64,000 bases of DNA from Octopus vulgaris. Its lineage: Eukaryota. The position numbers and the translations under genes are program-made. Under the pieces are notes generated by a model. The model searched no databases. It saw nothing but the letters and a program-made list of their open reading frames with translations, and was not told the DNA's origin. Each line of letters starts with the position of its first letter. Within the stretch, counting starts at the first letter, position 1. Location: assembly GCA_951406725.2 (NCBI GenBank), contig OX597835.1, forward strand, positions 4,650,001-4,714,000, read 5' to 3'. Shown one piece after another: positions 13,350 to 26,910 of the stretch.

Positions 13350-13810
13350 AAAAAGGGCCTTCCTTTGTATTTCGGCCTATGTTTCGCTACCGGGCAGCAG
13401 CACACTTCACACACAAGCATCGAACAATCTACCATTGACTTCGAGGGAGAAGCCCTTTGTTGCTACCTGAACTTTCTCAACCTTTTGTTCATTCTGCCTG
13501 TCATACTTTCGGAACGTCCGCTCCAAATGCTAATTTGGGTCTCTAGGCAGCAAAGGTTATCTTCTAGGAAACCGTCCAGACACCTGAGAACATCTATTCT
13601 CTAAATTCGCTAATGCTTATTGCTCTTGCGCACCCAGTTCATACGAAATACACCTTCTCTGATGGCCTGCCTCTGGTCTCACTACATATCTTGTGTGTCC
13701 ATTGTTTACTATGGGCACTCGTAGAATGTTTACTGACTTCTTTTCTGGTAACGAAGCACAACTGTTTCCCTGATGCTAGAAAGAATCTGTCTTACTTTCT
13801 TCCAACTTAG
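13350..13810 (+). mobile_element. Highly degenerate Penelope-like C-terminal remnant
   Basis: Weak resemblance to the GIY-YIG C-terminus (..TFSD...GLSLH...DARKNL); many stops. Confidence 0.3.
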
Positions 13811-15553
13811 TAAACTTTTGGTTTTCAATATGTTTACTTAGAGGCCCTTCAATTCTATGTTGTGCTTCCTTGTTTGGAATTTTTATTTCAATTCTTCCAC
13901 AGGTTCTGCAGCGGACGTAAAGAATGTGATCCGCACCCCACCCCCCCTTTCGTTATTTTTATTATTATTTTTTTTACAGAATACTCCCACCTCCAAATTT
14001 CCATTTATTTCAAAAAAAGTTTTTTTTAGAGTCATAATCTTCGTATTTTTCTACGTATTTCGCAAAAAGAAATTTCTGAAAAAAAGTGAAAACTGAAGAA
14101 TTGGAGGGGGGTGGGTTAAAATTTTAAAATGCCTTTTTTTTTTTTTTTGCAGAATCAGAACCTCCGTACTCGAAAATGGGGGAAGTCTGTAAAAAAAAAA
14201 AATATAACGAAATGGGGTGCGGTCCACGTTCCTTACGTCCACTGATTCTGTTATAAGGGGTAAGTTATCAGCATACAATAATTTCGAAGACAGCCGATTC
14301 CTCTGTTATGGCTTAGAGGAATATGATGAACAGGAGGGAACAGAAAAGAGAACTCTGAAGAACATTATCTATAGATGTCCATTTAGCGCAAAGAACCCAA
14401 TTTTGAAGAGAGTTTCTACAAGGGTATAGTTTTTCATGTCAAATGCATTGCTTGTGTTGGAGACTGTATTGAGTACTACCTTTGTATAGAGAAAGAGTCA
14501 CTCTGCTGACAGGTAGAATTTGAATTACCTGTGTCAGTTAATTAAAAAATTATGTCCACTTTTGTATCACCTTCAGTCCAGACCTGTATTTGCTACTGTC
14601 ATATTATGCAGTAATGACTGATGCTCTTGTAGTTGTTATTGTTGATGATGATGATGATGATGATGATGATTAAGAGAAGGAGGAATAAAGGGGAAAGAGG
14701 GGAAAAATAGGGAGAAGGTGCTGACTAATCCCACAGGTGCAAATCTGTATTAGAAAAAAAAATACAATCAAAACAACAACAACAACAGCAAAAAGGATTA
14801 CAATTGGACAATATGGCAAAAGTGTTCCAACCAGTTTTCTGAGTTGGTAGTGATTTTGTTAATGTTGTATGAGGGGGGAATGGGGGTGGAGGGTGTCGGG
14901 TGGCCGAGGGTGGGTGCTGGGGTGGATGCAGAGAAAAGAAGATGAGCAGCTGCAGGGAAGGCAATGAAAAGACCAGTTCCCACACATCAATGGATGCACT
15001 AGACCACTGAGAAGGTGATTGTGGTAATAGAGTCAGTCATAGATGGTGGCGGTGGTGGTGGTGGTGGTGTGAGGGATCACGAGGGGGCAGCTAGAGGCCT
15101 TTATTTCACAGGACAGAAATAAGACCATCACTCCCCAAAAACCATCTGAGATCCACTAGCTGCACTCCCCCGCCCCCCACATCTACCTCCAACTCCTGCC
15201 TCCTGCCTTTCACCTTTCTTACACTGACTGACCGCACAGTCATATATATATGTATATGTGGAGGCGCAATGGCCCAGTGGTTAGGGCAGTGGACTCGCGG
15301 TCGTAGGATCGCGGTTTCGATTCCCAGACCGGGCATTGTGAGTGTTTATTGAGCGAAAACACCTAAAGCTCAATGAGACTCCGGCAGAGGGTGGTGGCGG
15401 TCCCTGCTGTACTCTTTCACCACAACTTTCTCTCACTCTCTCTTCTGTTGGCCTGCTCGCTTAGCCTGCGGGGTGGCGTCATTTGAAGGCTAAAATAATG
15501 CGAAGCGCATTGTGACCAGCAACATCTGATACCCTGGTCAGTCACAGTGATAT

Positions 15554-15619
<66 letters not shown>

Positions 15620-15703
15620 CATGAATAGGCAGGTGTTCAGAAAAAAGAATTGATGTATAAAGCCTCTACTAAGGGTTTATGTTTGTGTATGTATATCAAA
15701 TGT

Positions 15704-16040
15704 GAAGGCACGTGGCTCAGTGGTTAGAGCGTCAGGCTCAAAATCATGAGGTATTGAGTTCAATTCCCAGACCGGGCTGTGTGTTGTGTTCTTGAGCAAG
15801 ACACTTTATTTCATGTAGCTCCAGTTCGTTCAGTTGTAGAAATGAGTTGCAGTGTCACTGGTGCCAAGCTGTATCAGCCCCTTTGCCTCTCCCTTGGATA
15901 ACATTGGTGGTGTGAAGAGGGGAGGTTGGTATGCACGGGTGACTGCTGGACTTCCATAAACAACCTTGCCCGGACTTGTGCCCCAGAAGGGAACTTTCTA
16001 CATGCAATGCCATGGTCATTCATGTCCAAAGGGGGGGTCC
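15704..16040 (+). mobile_element. tRNA-derived SINE, family C variant (second copy about 54680-54990)
   Basis: A-box TGGCTCAGTGG and B-box-like GAGTTCAATTCC; shared body. Confidence 0.8.
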
Positions 16041-16394
16041 TTTTATGTATACACATATCATCGTTGTTGTTGTCATCACCATTGTTTAATGTCTGCTTTT
16101 GTACGCTTGCGTGGGTCAGACGGAATTTGATGAGGCAGAATTTCTAGAGCTTTCTGTTACCAAGCCTCACCTGTTTACAAGCAAAATAATATTTGCCCGT
16201 TTTTGAACATCTCCTTCAGGTAGATTGGATATGAATGACTCGATTTGTATGGCAACGACACTCATCTACAATTCTCATGCAATGTCAACATAAAGAGAAA
16301 CAAACACACACACATCCACATATATGCATTTACTGGCATACACCACACACACATGTATCTGTGCATATATATATAGATATATATATATATTATA

Positions 16395-17211
16395 CAAGCA
16401 AACCACCCCCTGTCCAATGGACGGTGCTGAGTTGTCAAACATTTAAACCAAATTTTCTCAAAACAACTTGTCCGACCGTCCCATAGGCCTCCCCTTTGAG
16501 AAACACTGATTTAACCTAAATTTGAGACACCAGCAAAAGAAGAAATAAAGACAGACTTTTCCTTCTATTCCAAAGGAAAACGATTTTATTCACACAAATA
16601 TGCTACCGAAGAGTTTAAAGTACCAGTAATGATAAGGCTGTTGACTGGGAAAACACAAACAAGGTTTAAACAGTAAGTTTGGCAGGAAAGAAACGTGCCT
16701 TTAAGCAGTACAAAAACAAGAAAAAAATGGAAGGTGCAGTTATGTACAGGTTGACGGAAGAAAAGCAGGACAAAAACGATGCATGCAACTGGGTTAGCTG
16801 GAGGTAAATCTAGATGGAAAAACATGAAGAATTTATGAGAACGTACCTGGGATAATAATAAGTTTATCCGATAAAGCATGTAGGAAATCAACTTGGGGCG
16901 ATTTTTGATGAAAAGGAACAACCTAGGGAACTAAGTAACTAATTTTAAGCTAACTTACTTTATGGGATGTTCAAGAGCATGGAAAAGCTAGTGGCAACAG
17001 CTGATGTACTTGCGCGTACAAATGCACGTTCCCATGGCTTTATCGATCGCACTCTTAGTTGGAATGGATTTTTGTAATTTTTTCAAGACTTAAACACGCT
17101 CTGATACCATCGGTATCTACATATCAAATTTGAGCACAATTGGATGGAGGATGCCCGAGATCCTAGAAGACACACACACAGACAGACAGAACACGGATTT
17201 TATATAATATA
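16395..17211 (-). mobile_element. Non-autonomous Helitron, family H2 copy 1
   Basis: 5' (TC)TATTATATAAAATCCG; 3' hairpin CCGTCCATTGGAC(A/G)G then CTTG|T. About 215 bp 5' block shared with 48796-49010. Confidence 0.7.
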
Positions 17212-17224
17212 TATATATATATTT

Positions 17225-17626
17225 TTTTTACTTGTTTCAGTCATTTGACTGCGGCCATGCTGGAGCACCACCTTTAGTCGAGCAAATCGACCCCGGGACT
17301 TATTCTTTGTAAGCCCAGTACTTATTTTATCGGTCTCTTTTGCCGAACTGCTAAGTGACGGGGACGTAAACACACCAGCATCGGTTGTCAAGCAATGCTA
17401 GGGGGACAAACACAGACACACAAACACACACACACATACATACATATATATATACATATATACGACACGCTTCTTTCAGTTTCCATCTACCAAATCCACT
17501 CACAAGGCTTTGGTCGGCCCGGGGCTATAGCAGAAGACACTTGCCCAAGATGCCATGCAGTGGGACTGAACCTGGAACCATGTGGTTGGTTAGCAAGGTA
17601 CTTACCACACAGCCACTCCTACGCCT
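17225..17626 (-). mobile_element. SINE family A
   Basis: Near-identical to the other copies. Confidence 0.9.
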
Positions 17627-17819
17627 ATATATAATACAAAAAGCAAAAGACAGAAGCAGGTGAGAGAACAACAAGGTGTATTAGTTTAATGCTCAGGAGG
17701 AATAAAAGCTTTTGACATTTCCAGACAATACATGTGATCATTTATCTAGTAGTTAGTGACTTCAGGATCAGGGCTAAATGGATGACCAGAAGACGACCAG
17801 CATGGAGAAGAAGGGTCTG

Positions 17820-18540
17820 AAAGCTTAAGGATCCTGCAAATGGACAGAGATTTAGGAATGTATTACTCAAAGCTTATGATGAAATAGAGGAGGATATAGC
17901 ATCACATGATGTGGAAGACAACTGGAGTTTCCTACGGGACAACATGTTGAGGGCTACTGACCAGATCTGTGGATGGTGCAAAGTCCCCTCTTGACCCAAG
18001 GTAACGTGTTGGTGGAACAATGTAGTTGACAAGGCCATTAGGGAAAAGAAGGACTGGAAGAACAGTTGTAGCAAGGAACTGCCAAAAGGGAAGCTAGGAG
18101 ACAGGTTTACTTAGCCAGAGGGGAAGCAGATAAGAAAAAATTTGCAGATGTTCTGCGCCATGAGGACCAAAGAGTTAAGGTGTTTCGTTTTGCATGACAG
18201 TGTGTGTGAGAGGATTGTGATGTCATAGAGAAATATGTCCACATGGATGATGGTTCACTTGCATTTAATGAGGTTGCAAGGAGAGAGACTTGGAGACGCC
18301 ACTATAAAAAGTTGCTAAACGAAGAGAAAGAATGAGAGAAAGAGAGTCTGCTGAATGTTGACCCAACAGAGGGACCAGTTATCCAAATTGACAGTACCTT
18401 GATAGATAAAGCAATTAAGGGTATGAAGACAGGGAAAGCCCTCGGCTCATCAGGAATCACCACAGAGACGCTTAAAATATCTAGCGGTGTTGACTATAGT
18501 CTAGTCACCTGTATAGTCAATCAAGTGATACATGAAGAAG
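17820..18540 (+). mobile_element. Degenerate RTE LINE ORF fragment
   Basis: WWNNVVDKAIREK and IDKAIKGMKTGKALGSSGITTETLK motifs; stops. Confidence 0.8.
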
Positions 18541-19099
18541 TCCAAGGGAGGCTACTGTCCTATCAATGTTACTGGCATTCTCCAGCCTGCAGGACATGTA
18601 CTCATGCAAGACTTTCTACTGGTATGATGAGTATTTCTCTTCCAGGCCTCTGTTTAAGGAATTCAGTCCAGCCAATCATGATTCACATAGAACAACTATG
18701 CCTTCAGAGTACTTGGTCAGCACTTCTTATCTAATCTCATGATGCTATTACTTTCACTTTTGAGTATATGTGTGATGTATTAATTTCTTTCTTTATTGTT
18801 TAGAAGATGTTGTCTAAGTGACACAAGGCAGGCAGCTCTGACTTCCACATCCTCTGATGTCTGCTGATGCATTCTTTTGTCACTCATGCTTTGTTTACAG
18901 TATCAAAATATGTAATATTCTTGTCAATACCATATGATACTTGTAACATTCATCTGTGGTGATAGGAGAGAGAGACAGGCTATTGATATCCATATTCCTT
19001 GCCTGGTCAACAAACTTTCCTTATTTGAACACTTCTCCTGACCAAACTCCATTCCTATGTCCCATGAAAACGTTGCGACCAGGTCTCTCAGCATCATGA

Positions 19100-20830
19100 A
19101 TACTGCACAAACAGCAAGAAAATTGAGATGTTGTGGGAGAGAAATGTGTGCAGCAGGACAATGGCGCACTTGCATTTAGTGATTCTTAAAAGAAGGAGGC
19201 TTAGAAGTGCGAGTATGAAACGTTATTAAATGTGGCGAATGCATGGGAGAAAGAGAGTTTCCCTAATGTAAACCTGACAAAGTTTCCAGCCACTCACGTT
19301 GGAGGTAGTGCTATAGATAAAGTGATTAAGAAAATGAAGACAGGGAAAGCCCCTGGTCCACCAGGAATTACTTCTGAAATGCTTAAAATATCTGGCTGTG
19401 TAGGATATGGTGAAGTCACTCATAGAATTAATCAGGTTGTACAGGAAGGTATAATGCCCAGTGACTGTGATAAAAGCATCATAGTCAACTATTACAAGGG
19501 TAAAGGAGATGCCATAGAAAGAAGTAATGGTAGAGGTATCAAAATTACTGGACCAGGTTGGACCAGGTTATGAAAATCACAGAAAGAATCATAACCCAGT
19601 TAATCAGAAATAGAGTTAACTTAGATGAGATGCAGTTTGGTTTTGTATCAGCGAAAAGTACCAACTGATGCCCCCTTTTATAGCTCACCAATTACAGAAG
19701 TATTTAGCAAAAATAAACCACTGTACTTAGTATTCATTGAGCTGGAGAAAGCCTTTCACAGGGTGCTGCAAATCTTCACCTGGTGGTTATTGTGAAAACC
19801 AAGAGTAATTGAATGGCCCTAGCGAGGGCCATTCAAGCCATATAAAGGGATGCTGTTAGCAAAATGTGAGGTAACAATGAGTAAGGTGATAAAATTAGTG
19901 TACAGGTAGGTGTTCATCAGGGTTTGGTTATCATTCCCCTCATATTTATCACAATCCTCCAGGACATAATGGAGGAATTTAAGATCAGTTGCCCACAGGA
20001 GCTCCACTATGGTGATGACCTTGTTTTTATAACTGAAAGTGTACAAGAATTAGAATTAAAATTGCAGGTGTGGAAACAAAACTTGGAATCGAAAGGTCTT
20101 AAGCAAGAATTAGCAAGAAGACAGCCAGAAACACTAATCCATTCTTTCAAGTAAAGTACTTTGTTTCATATGTAGACAAGGTGTAGGTACAAATTCTATA
20201 CAGAGTGGGCTTAGTGCAAACTATGGACACACTAGAGGTGCAGTGAAATTATAGGAAGGTTAACAGAGAAAGTAGAATTTGTTTGTGGCAGATGTGTAGG
20301 AACAATAAATAAGGGCACATGCAGGTGGCATGTAAAAAGCACCCACTACACTCATGGAGTGGTTGGCGTTAGGAAGGGCATCCAGCTGTAGAAACACTGC
20401 CAGATAAGACTGGAGCCTGGTGCAGCCTTCTGGCTTCCCAGATCCCCGGTTGAACTGTCCAGCCCATGCTAGCACGGAGAACGGACGTTAAACGATGATG
20501 ATGATGATGATGGGAAATAGATGTTCTGAAATGCTCAGGAAGCTCCTTAGAAGTAGCAGACAGTTTCAGTTATCTAGGGGACCTAATTAGCAGTGAGGAA
20601 GATCCTCTGAAAGTATAGTTGCTAGAATACGAATTGGTTGGAAGTTGAGAGAACTTTTTACCTCTGTTGGTAACAAAAAGCCCTCTCTCTTAGAATGGGA
20701 AGCAGATTGTATAATCTCAGTGTACGAACAACAATGCTACTTGGCTGTGAAACTTGGGCTGTGAATGCAGCATACAGGTTGAAGACTTGAATGAAGTGAA
20801 ACAAGTAAGCTCTGATGGATGTGCAATGGT
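19100..20830 (+). mobile_element. Degenerate RTE LINE reverse transcriptase, interrupted by a SINE at about 20320-20512
   Basis: KMKTGKAPGPPGITSEMLK, FIELEKAF, GVHQG and ELHYGDDLV (YADD-like) motifs; frameshifts. Confidence 0.85.
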
Positions 20831-21249
20831 CTTGGATGTGAAATTTTTATCAGTTGTGTGATTTAACACAACTACTTGGCCCTAGAGTGTAAACTAGGTT
20901 TTAGGCATTTGGTTAGGTCTTTGATGTGAAGAATTCCTTACACTTGTCTTGGAAAGAATGGTTACGGCTCTTCTTCCTCAAAGTGACAGAATATATATAT
21001 ATGTAAATGTTTGCAATTTAAATAAATTTGTAAAAGGGAAATATGCATAATTTATGAATGAACCCTTGCTATGAGATAATGCATGATTAATTCAAAACGA
21101 TATAAATAAATAAGCATTACACTGTGTAACTGCCATTAAATAGTTTTTCTAAAATATGTGTGTCTGTTGTTACTATTAAATATCATCTTCATCATTGTTA
21201 TATCTTATCCAGAAATTTCTTTCTTTGTGGGAAGGGGTGGATTTCATTT

Positions 21250-21715
21250 TGCTAGGCATCCATGCTAGTGGAGCGCTAAGAGTACCATACAAGTGCGATC
21301 GTTGCCAGAGCAACAAGCTGGCCTCCGTGCTGGTGGCACGTAAAAAACACCATTCGAGCGTGATCTATACCAGCGTCACCTTACTGGGCACTTGTGCTGG
21401 TGGCACGTGAAAAGTCATTCAAGCGAGATTGTTGCCAGTGCCGCTGGACTGGCTCGTGTGCAGGTGGCACATAAAAAGCACCATTTGAGCGTGGCCGTTG
21501 CCAGTACCGCCTGACTGGCCCTCGTGCTGGTGGCACATAAAAGCACCCACGACACTCTCAGAGTGGTTGGCGTTAGGAAGGGCATCCAGCTGTAGAAACT
21601 CTGCCAGATCAGACTGGAGTCTGGTGCATCCATCTGGTTTGCCAGACCTCAGTCAAATAGTTCAACCTGTACTAGCATGGAAAGCAGACGTTAAACAATG
21701 ATGATGATGATGATA
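21250..21715 (+). mobile_element. SINE-like family D with internal GGTGGCACGTAAAAAGCACC repeats and (GAT)n tail
   Basis: Further copies at about 1000-1110(-), 20320-20512, 22940-23225, 23548-23780(-) and 61150-61260. Confidence 0.75.
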
Positions 21716-22445
21716 AATTGTCAAATAATCTGAATGGTAAAAGATTAAAGGTAGTGAATAAACAGAAGGTGGTTGGATATTTGAGATGACAACCAATGTG
21801 ACTGCAGATGCATCAGAAATGTGGTGTGAGCGAGTGCATGTATGGACGATAGCTGTTGATTGAAAATATTGACGTCTGCCATCAGCAAAAGAAGCAAGCA
21901 GGTACCATAAAATGGTGGGAATCTCAGGGTTTTGAGTTTCACATACAGGAGATGATAGGAGACAGAAAGAAAATGGTATATAAATAGAGAGATATTATAT
22001 TCAAACCCCAAAGAATCCCTCTCAACACATGGCTATGATGCTCCCCCACTACTTCTGCTTGTGGTCAGAGATGCACATATTGTCTGCCACTAAGGGACAT
22101 GCTCAACTGGTTAAGGTCAAACAACTGACAAGCAAATCTGTGGTATTGAGCAGAATATTTGCTGTAGGCCATCTTTTATACCAAGATAAAACAATGTACA
22201 TGATAACACTTCCAATCAGTTAAGATCAGAAGCCATGAGAACCACTGTCTGGTACTGCATCAGGGCATTTATTATTATTATTATTATCATTATAAAGTAT
22301 TCATAAACTGTTTTGAAGGGGGAAAAAACTGTTCAGTCAGGTCATGAAATATTTAAATTAACCAATGTTAGCGTTAGAAAGATGAAAGATAAAATGAACT
22401 TAGACTAGATTTGAATTCAGAAATTAAAAGGAGTTAACAAAAATA

Positions 22446-22586
22446 TAAGGTTGTCCCAAAAGTTCGTAGAAAGTCTTGGAAAATAATGGTCTTTATTTTG
22501 AGGAATAATTTTTGTTGTTTTTGTTAGTACTTGGCAAGTAAAAATTCAATTTTCGCAAGTGTTTACGAACTTTTGGGACAACCTAA
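22446..22586. mobile_element. Tc1/mariner MITE
   Basis: TIRs AGGTTGTCCCAAAAGTTCGTA / TACGAACTTTTGGGACAACCT, flanked by TA. Confidence 0.85.
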
Positions 22587-22893
22587 TAATTCGCCTCTGA
22601 AAACATGGGTGTTTCATTCAACATCCTTAAACAACCCTTATTCAGGGACCATTTGAACAGGAATTTTCTTCTTGACCAGAAGAAAATTCTAACTGGGCCC
22701 CACGTGCAAGGTCATGCGCTGTTTATCTTGATATAAGATCACCATGTCGCGCACATATGGTTGTGATGCATGTGCCTAGTGTACCCTTATCCGATGGGTA
22801 GTCATGATGGGCATACTGGGCTTCTGCTATAGCTTCAGGCTGACCAAAGCCTTGTTAGTGGATTTGGTAGACAGAAACTGAAAGCCTGTTGTA

Positions 22894-22936
<43 letters not shown>

Positions 22937-23881
22937 CGCGGCCGTTGCCAGCCTGGCCTGGCCTCAGTGCCGGTGGCACATAAAAATCACCACCCAATCG
23001 TGGCTGTTTGCCAGCCTCATCTGGCACCTGTGCCGGTGGCACGTAAAAAGCACCCACTACACTCATGGAGATGTTGGCGTTAGGAAGGGCATCCAGCCAT
23101 AGAAACATTGCCAGATCAGACTGGGCCTGGTGCAGCCTTCTGGCTTCCCAGACCCCAGTTGAATCGTCCAACCCATGCTAGCATGGAAAGTGGACGCTAA
23201 ACGATGATGGTGATGATGATGATGTATGTGTGTGTGTGTATATGTTTGTGTGTCTGTGTTTGTCCAACACCGCTTGACAACTGTTGGTTGTGTGTTTACA
23301 TCCCTGTAACTTAGCGGTTCGGCAAAAGAGACTGATAGAATAAGTACTGTCCACAGTCAAATGACTGAAACAAGTAAAAGAATTTTGTATACTTGAAAAG
23401 ACATCCTTTACCTTACTCTCCTTTATTAGACTCACTCTCTCTATCATTTCTGTTTTTATTCTCTTACTCTTTCTTTCATCTCTCCCTATATTTCACTATC
23501 TGTTTGCTCAACTAACTGGCTATCTCTCTTTCTCTTTCCCACGTATGTCATCATCATCATCGTTTAACGTCCGCTTTCCATGCTAGCATGGGTTGGACGG
23601 TTTGACCAGGGTCTGGGAAGCCAGAAGGCTGCACCAGGCTCCAGTCTGATCTGGCAGTGTTTCTACGGCTGGATGCCCTTCCTAACGCCAACCACTCCAT
23701 GAGGGTAGTGGGTACTTTTTACGTGCCACCCGCACAGGTGCCAGACGGAGCTGTCGAACGGATGGTGCTTTTATGTGCCATGTTCATTAATTTGTTTTCA
23801 TGTCCATTTTTTTTTTCCCTGCTAGCATGGGTTGGACAATGTGTCATTGATGCACTGTTTACAACTCAATGCCCTCCTTTT

Positions 23882-24276
23882 CTCTTTTACTTGTTTCAGT
23901 CCTTTGACTGTGGCCATGCTGGAGCACCGCCTTTAGTCGAGCAAATCGACCCCGGGACTTATTCTTTGTAAGCCTAGTACTTATTCTATCGGTCTCTTTT
24001 GCCGAACCGCTAAGTTACGGGGACGTAAACACGCCACCATCGGTTGTCAAGCGATGTTGGGGGTGGGGGGACAAACACAGACACACAAACATATATGTAT
24101 ATATACATATACACGACGGGCTTCTTTCAGTTTCCGTCTACCAAATCCACTCACAAGGCTTTGGTCGGCCCGAAGCTATAGTAGAAGACACCTGCCCAAG
24201 GTGCCACGAAGTGGGACTGAACCTAGAGCCATGTGGTTCGTAAGCAAGCTACTTACTACACAGCCACTCCTACGCC
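23882..24276 (-). mobile_element. SINE family A
   Basis: Near-identical to the other copies. Confidence 0.9.
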
Positions 24277-24553
24277 TTTTGCTAACTTTTTCAAATTTTT
24301 CAAGTTACAGATACACACACGCACACAGATCCACAAACGTATTTTTAACCTCCAAACCTGTTCAAACCAACAGCCTCCTCATACACAGGAAACAGACAAA
24401 CCAACACAGTTCAACACATATTGTAAACATATGGCTAACAAAGAAAATAATAACTCTCACCAGGAGCCTCCCAAACCACTGGTTACAATCTCTCTCCTCC
24501 CTCCTCTCTCTCTCTCTCTCTATCTCTGTGTATGCGCGTGTGTGTATGTGTTT

Positions 24554-24596
<43 letters not shown>

Positions 24597-25161
24597 TGTT
24601 TCTTTATTAGCCACACAGGGCTGCACACAGACAGAACAAATTACAAGGTAGAGCTTTTCTTTTGGGGTAAAAAAGAGGGGGTTGGTTTTCGATCAAAAGG
24701 GATCGTAAAAGGAAAGAAAGAGGACAAAAAAAGGGGGGGGAGAGGGAAAAAAAAGATAGATAGATAAATAGATACATATATACATACATACATACATGCG
24801 TATGTGTATGTAAGTGTGTGTTTACAGCGGTCCAACAACCAGAGTTTTTTTTATATTGTGTCTGGGTGTGTCCCGTAACTTAGCGGTTCAACAAAACAAT
24901 TCGACAAATAGAGATCGATAACATATGTATCAGACTGAAATCAGTATTGTGGTCAACAATGATTACTTGAAGGTGGTGCACCAGTATGGCCGCACTGAAA
25001 TAACTGAAACCAATAAAACGAAAAAGGAAAAGAAAAGTTCAGTATTATTATTTACTATATTTTCTTATCGGATCTTCAGAAATAAAACGATGGTTAAGAG
25101 TTAAAGAAGGGTGGGAATAGAGAGATAGTGAGAGAGGAAGAGTGGGTGAAAATACACTCGA

Positions 25162-25953
25162 ATAGACTTATGATCGAAGTCGTTCCAGTCATGGCCATCC
25201 CCCATTTTTTTTTTCTATATGTAGAACTATATTGTATAATGTTTCCTTCCTTTTTTCAAAGACTATAAAGTGTGAATTGAGGGAATTTCGCTATTATATC
25301 TGGCGATTTCAACGAGCTGTTGTTGATGTTTATTTAGCCTTGATCACACACGCCCATGGGGGTGCCCTAATTAGGGCGTTGATTATAAATGAATGAGGGT
25401 CTCATCGGAATGAACTCTAGAGACAGAGATATTGACGAAATAAAAAAGTGGGATGTGAGATGATGTGAATCTAAGGACCAACTGTAATGTCCCAAATTCT
25501 TTTGACAAACAAGTCTACATCGGAATAAAATTCAGGGTAATTTTAAGGAAGATACATAGCAAAAGTATTCCTTCTCTCTGCGATTTTCTTGTTCTTCACT
25601 TCTGTTTCTCTACGGCTTTCCATATGAACCAACGATCTGCTAGAAATAGTAACCATATTCCCTTTCGAGTCATACGCCGCCGTTTTAAAGACGGGAAAGA
25701 CACGTTGATTAACGATCCTATAAGTATGGAATGGTCACGACTGGAACGTCTCTGATACAGTTACTTGTTCGATCAAGGCTAAAACATCAACAACAGCTCG
25801 TTGAAATCGCCAGATATAATAGCGAAATTCCCTCAATTCACACTTTATAGTCTTTGAAAAAAGGAAGGAAACATTATACAATATAGTTCTACATATAGAA
25901 AAAAAAAAGTGGGGCGATGGCCATGACTGGAACGACTTTGATCATGAGTCTAT
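25162..25953. repeat. About 180-bp near-perfect inverted repeat (arms 25162-25345 and 25771-25953)
   Basis: Arms are reverse complements with only a few differences. Confidence 0.92.
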
Positions 25954-26363
25954 ACGATCAGAGCAGATTTAGGGATAGAGAACAACAACAACAACACTTG
26001 CAGATGATGAGACTCGAAGAATTGGAAGAAAAAGGTTGAGAATAAACTCACCAAGTGGCTCTTAGTGTTTTGGAGTTCTTTACAAACAATATTCGGTGAT
26101 GGAGGAAAATATACCCCGCAACATATAAAGTCCCCCCAAAGAATCGACGTCGGGTGGGGGGAACCTCAGTACAATCGCTCACCCTGTTACAAATATACCT
26201 CAAATATACCTCAAATCACTATCTCCGTCTCTAAAAGAACTTATTGGATAATTTCCGAAAGGAAAAAAAAAAGAAAATCACAGATGAGATGGTCACGGTT
26301 CGAAAGTTTTCGATTATAATACAACTCAATTAGGGTAGCTTTGAGGTGAGACAATAAATCTTG

Positions 26364-26551
26364 GGCGTAACTTCGGTATACGTACCCGAAGTACCGGATA
26401 CATTTCAAGAAAGTGTTTTTATATATATATATATATGGGGGGGTGAGGGTTAGGGTTCGGGTTAGGGGTGGGAGAAAAGGGTTTCTGTTATCTTCAGAAA
26501 TGTAAACAAAGACACTTCCGGTACTTACGGTACGTATACCGAAGGATCATC
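26364..26551. mobile_element. Merlin-like MITE containing TTAGGG-like repeats
   Basis: TIR core CTTCGGTATACGTACC / GGTACGTATACCGAAG; 8-bp TSD AAATCTTG at 26356-26363 and 26552-26559; GG start. Confidence 0.75.
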
Positions 26552-26754
26552 AAATCTTGTATTTGTACTTCTCTTTATACGATCGCTCAACCTGCTAAAA
26601 ATAACAGCCAAATCTCTCTGAAACTACGCCCTACCGACTAAAAACCGAATAGATACTTGGGAGAATGTTGCCCTAGATAGGTAATGCCCGAATAAAAGAC
26701 GGGATGGCATTCGAAAGAATGTCGACAGGATACCTGGTCATGGGTAGAATACCT

Positions 26755-26910
26755 ATTTCTTTATTACCCACAAGGGGCTAAATACAGAGGGGACAAACAT
26801 GGACAGACATAGGTATTAAGTCGATTACATCGACCCCAGTGCGTAACTGGTACTTACTTTATCGACCCGGAAAGGATGAAAGGCAAAGTCGGCCTCGGCG
26901 GAATTTGAAC
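26755..26910 (-). mobile_element. 5'-truncated SINE B with TSD
   Basis: TSD TAGAATACCT at 26745-26754 and 26911-26920. Confidence 0.85.

Noticed and set aside
15260-15332. tRNA gene (also other SINE heads)
   Set aside because: A/B boxes are present, but there is no complete cloverleaf or T-run terminator and the sequence continues into a SINE body.
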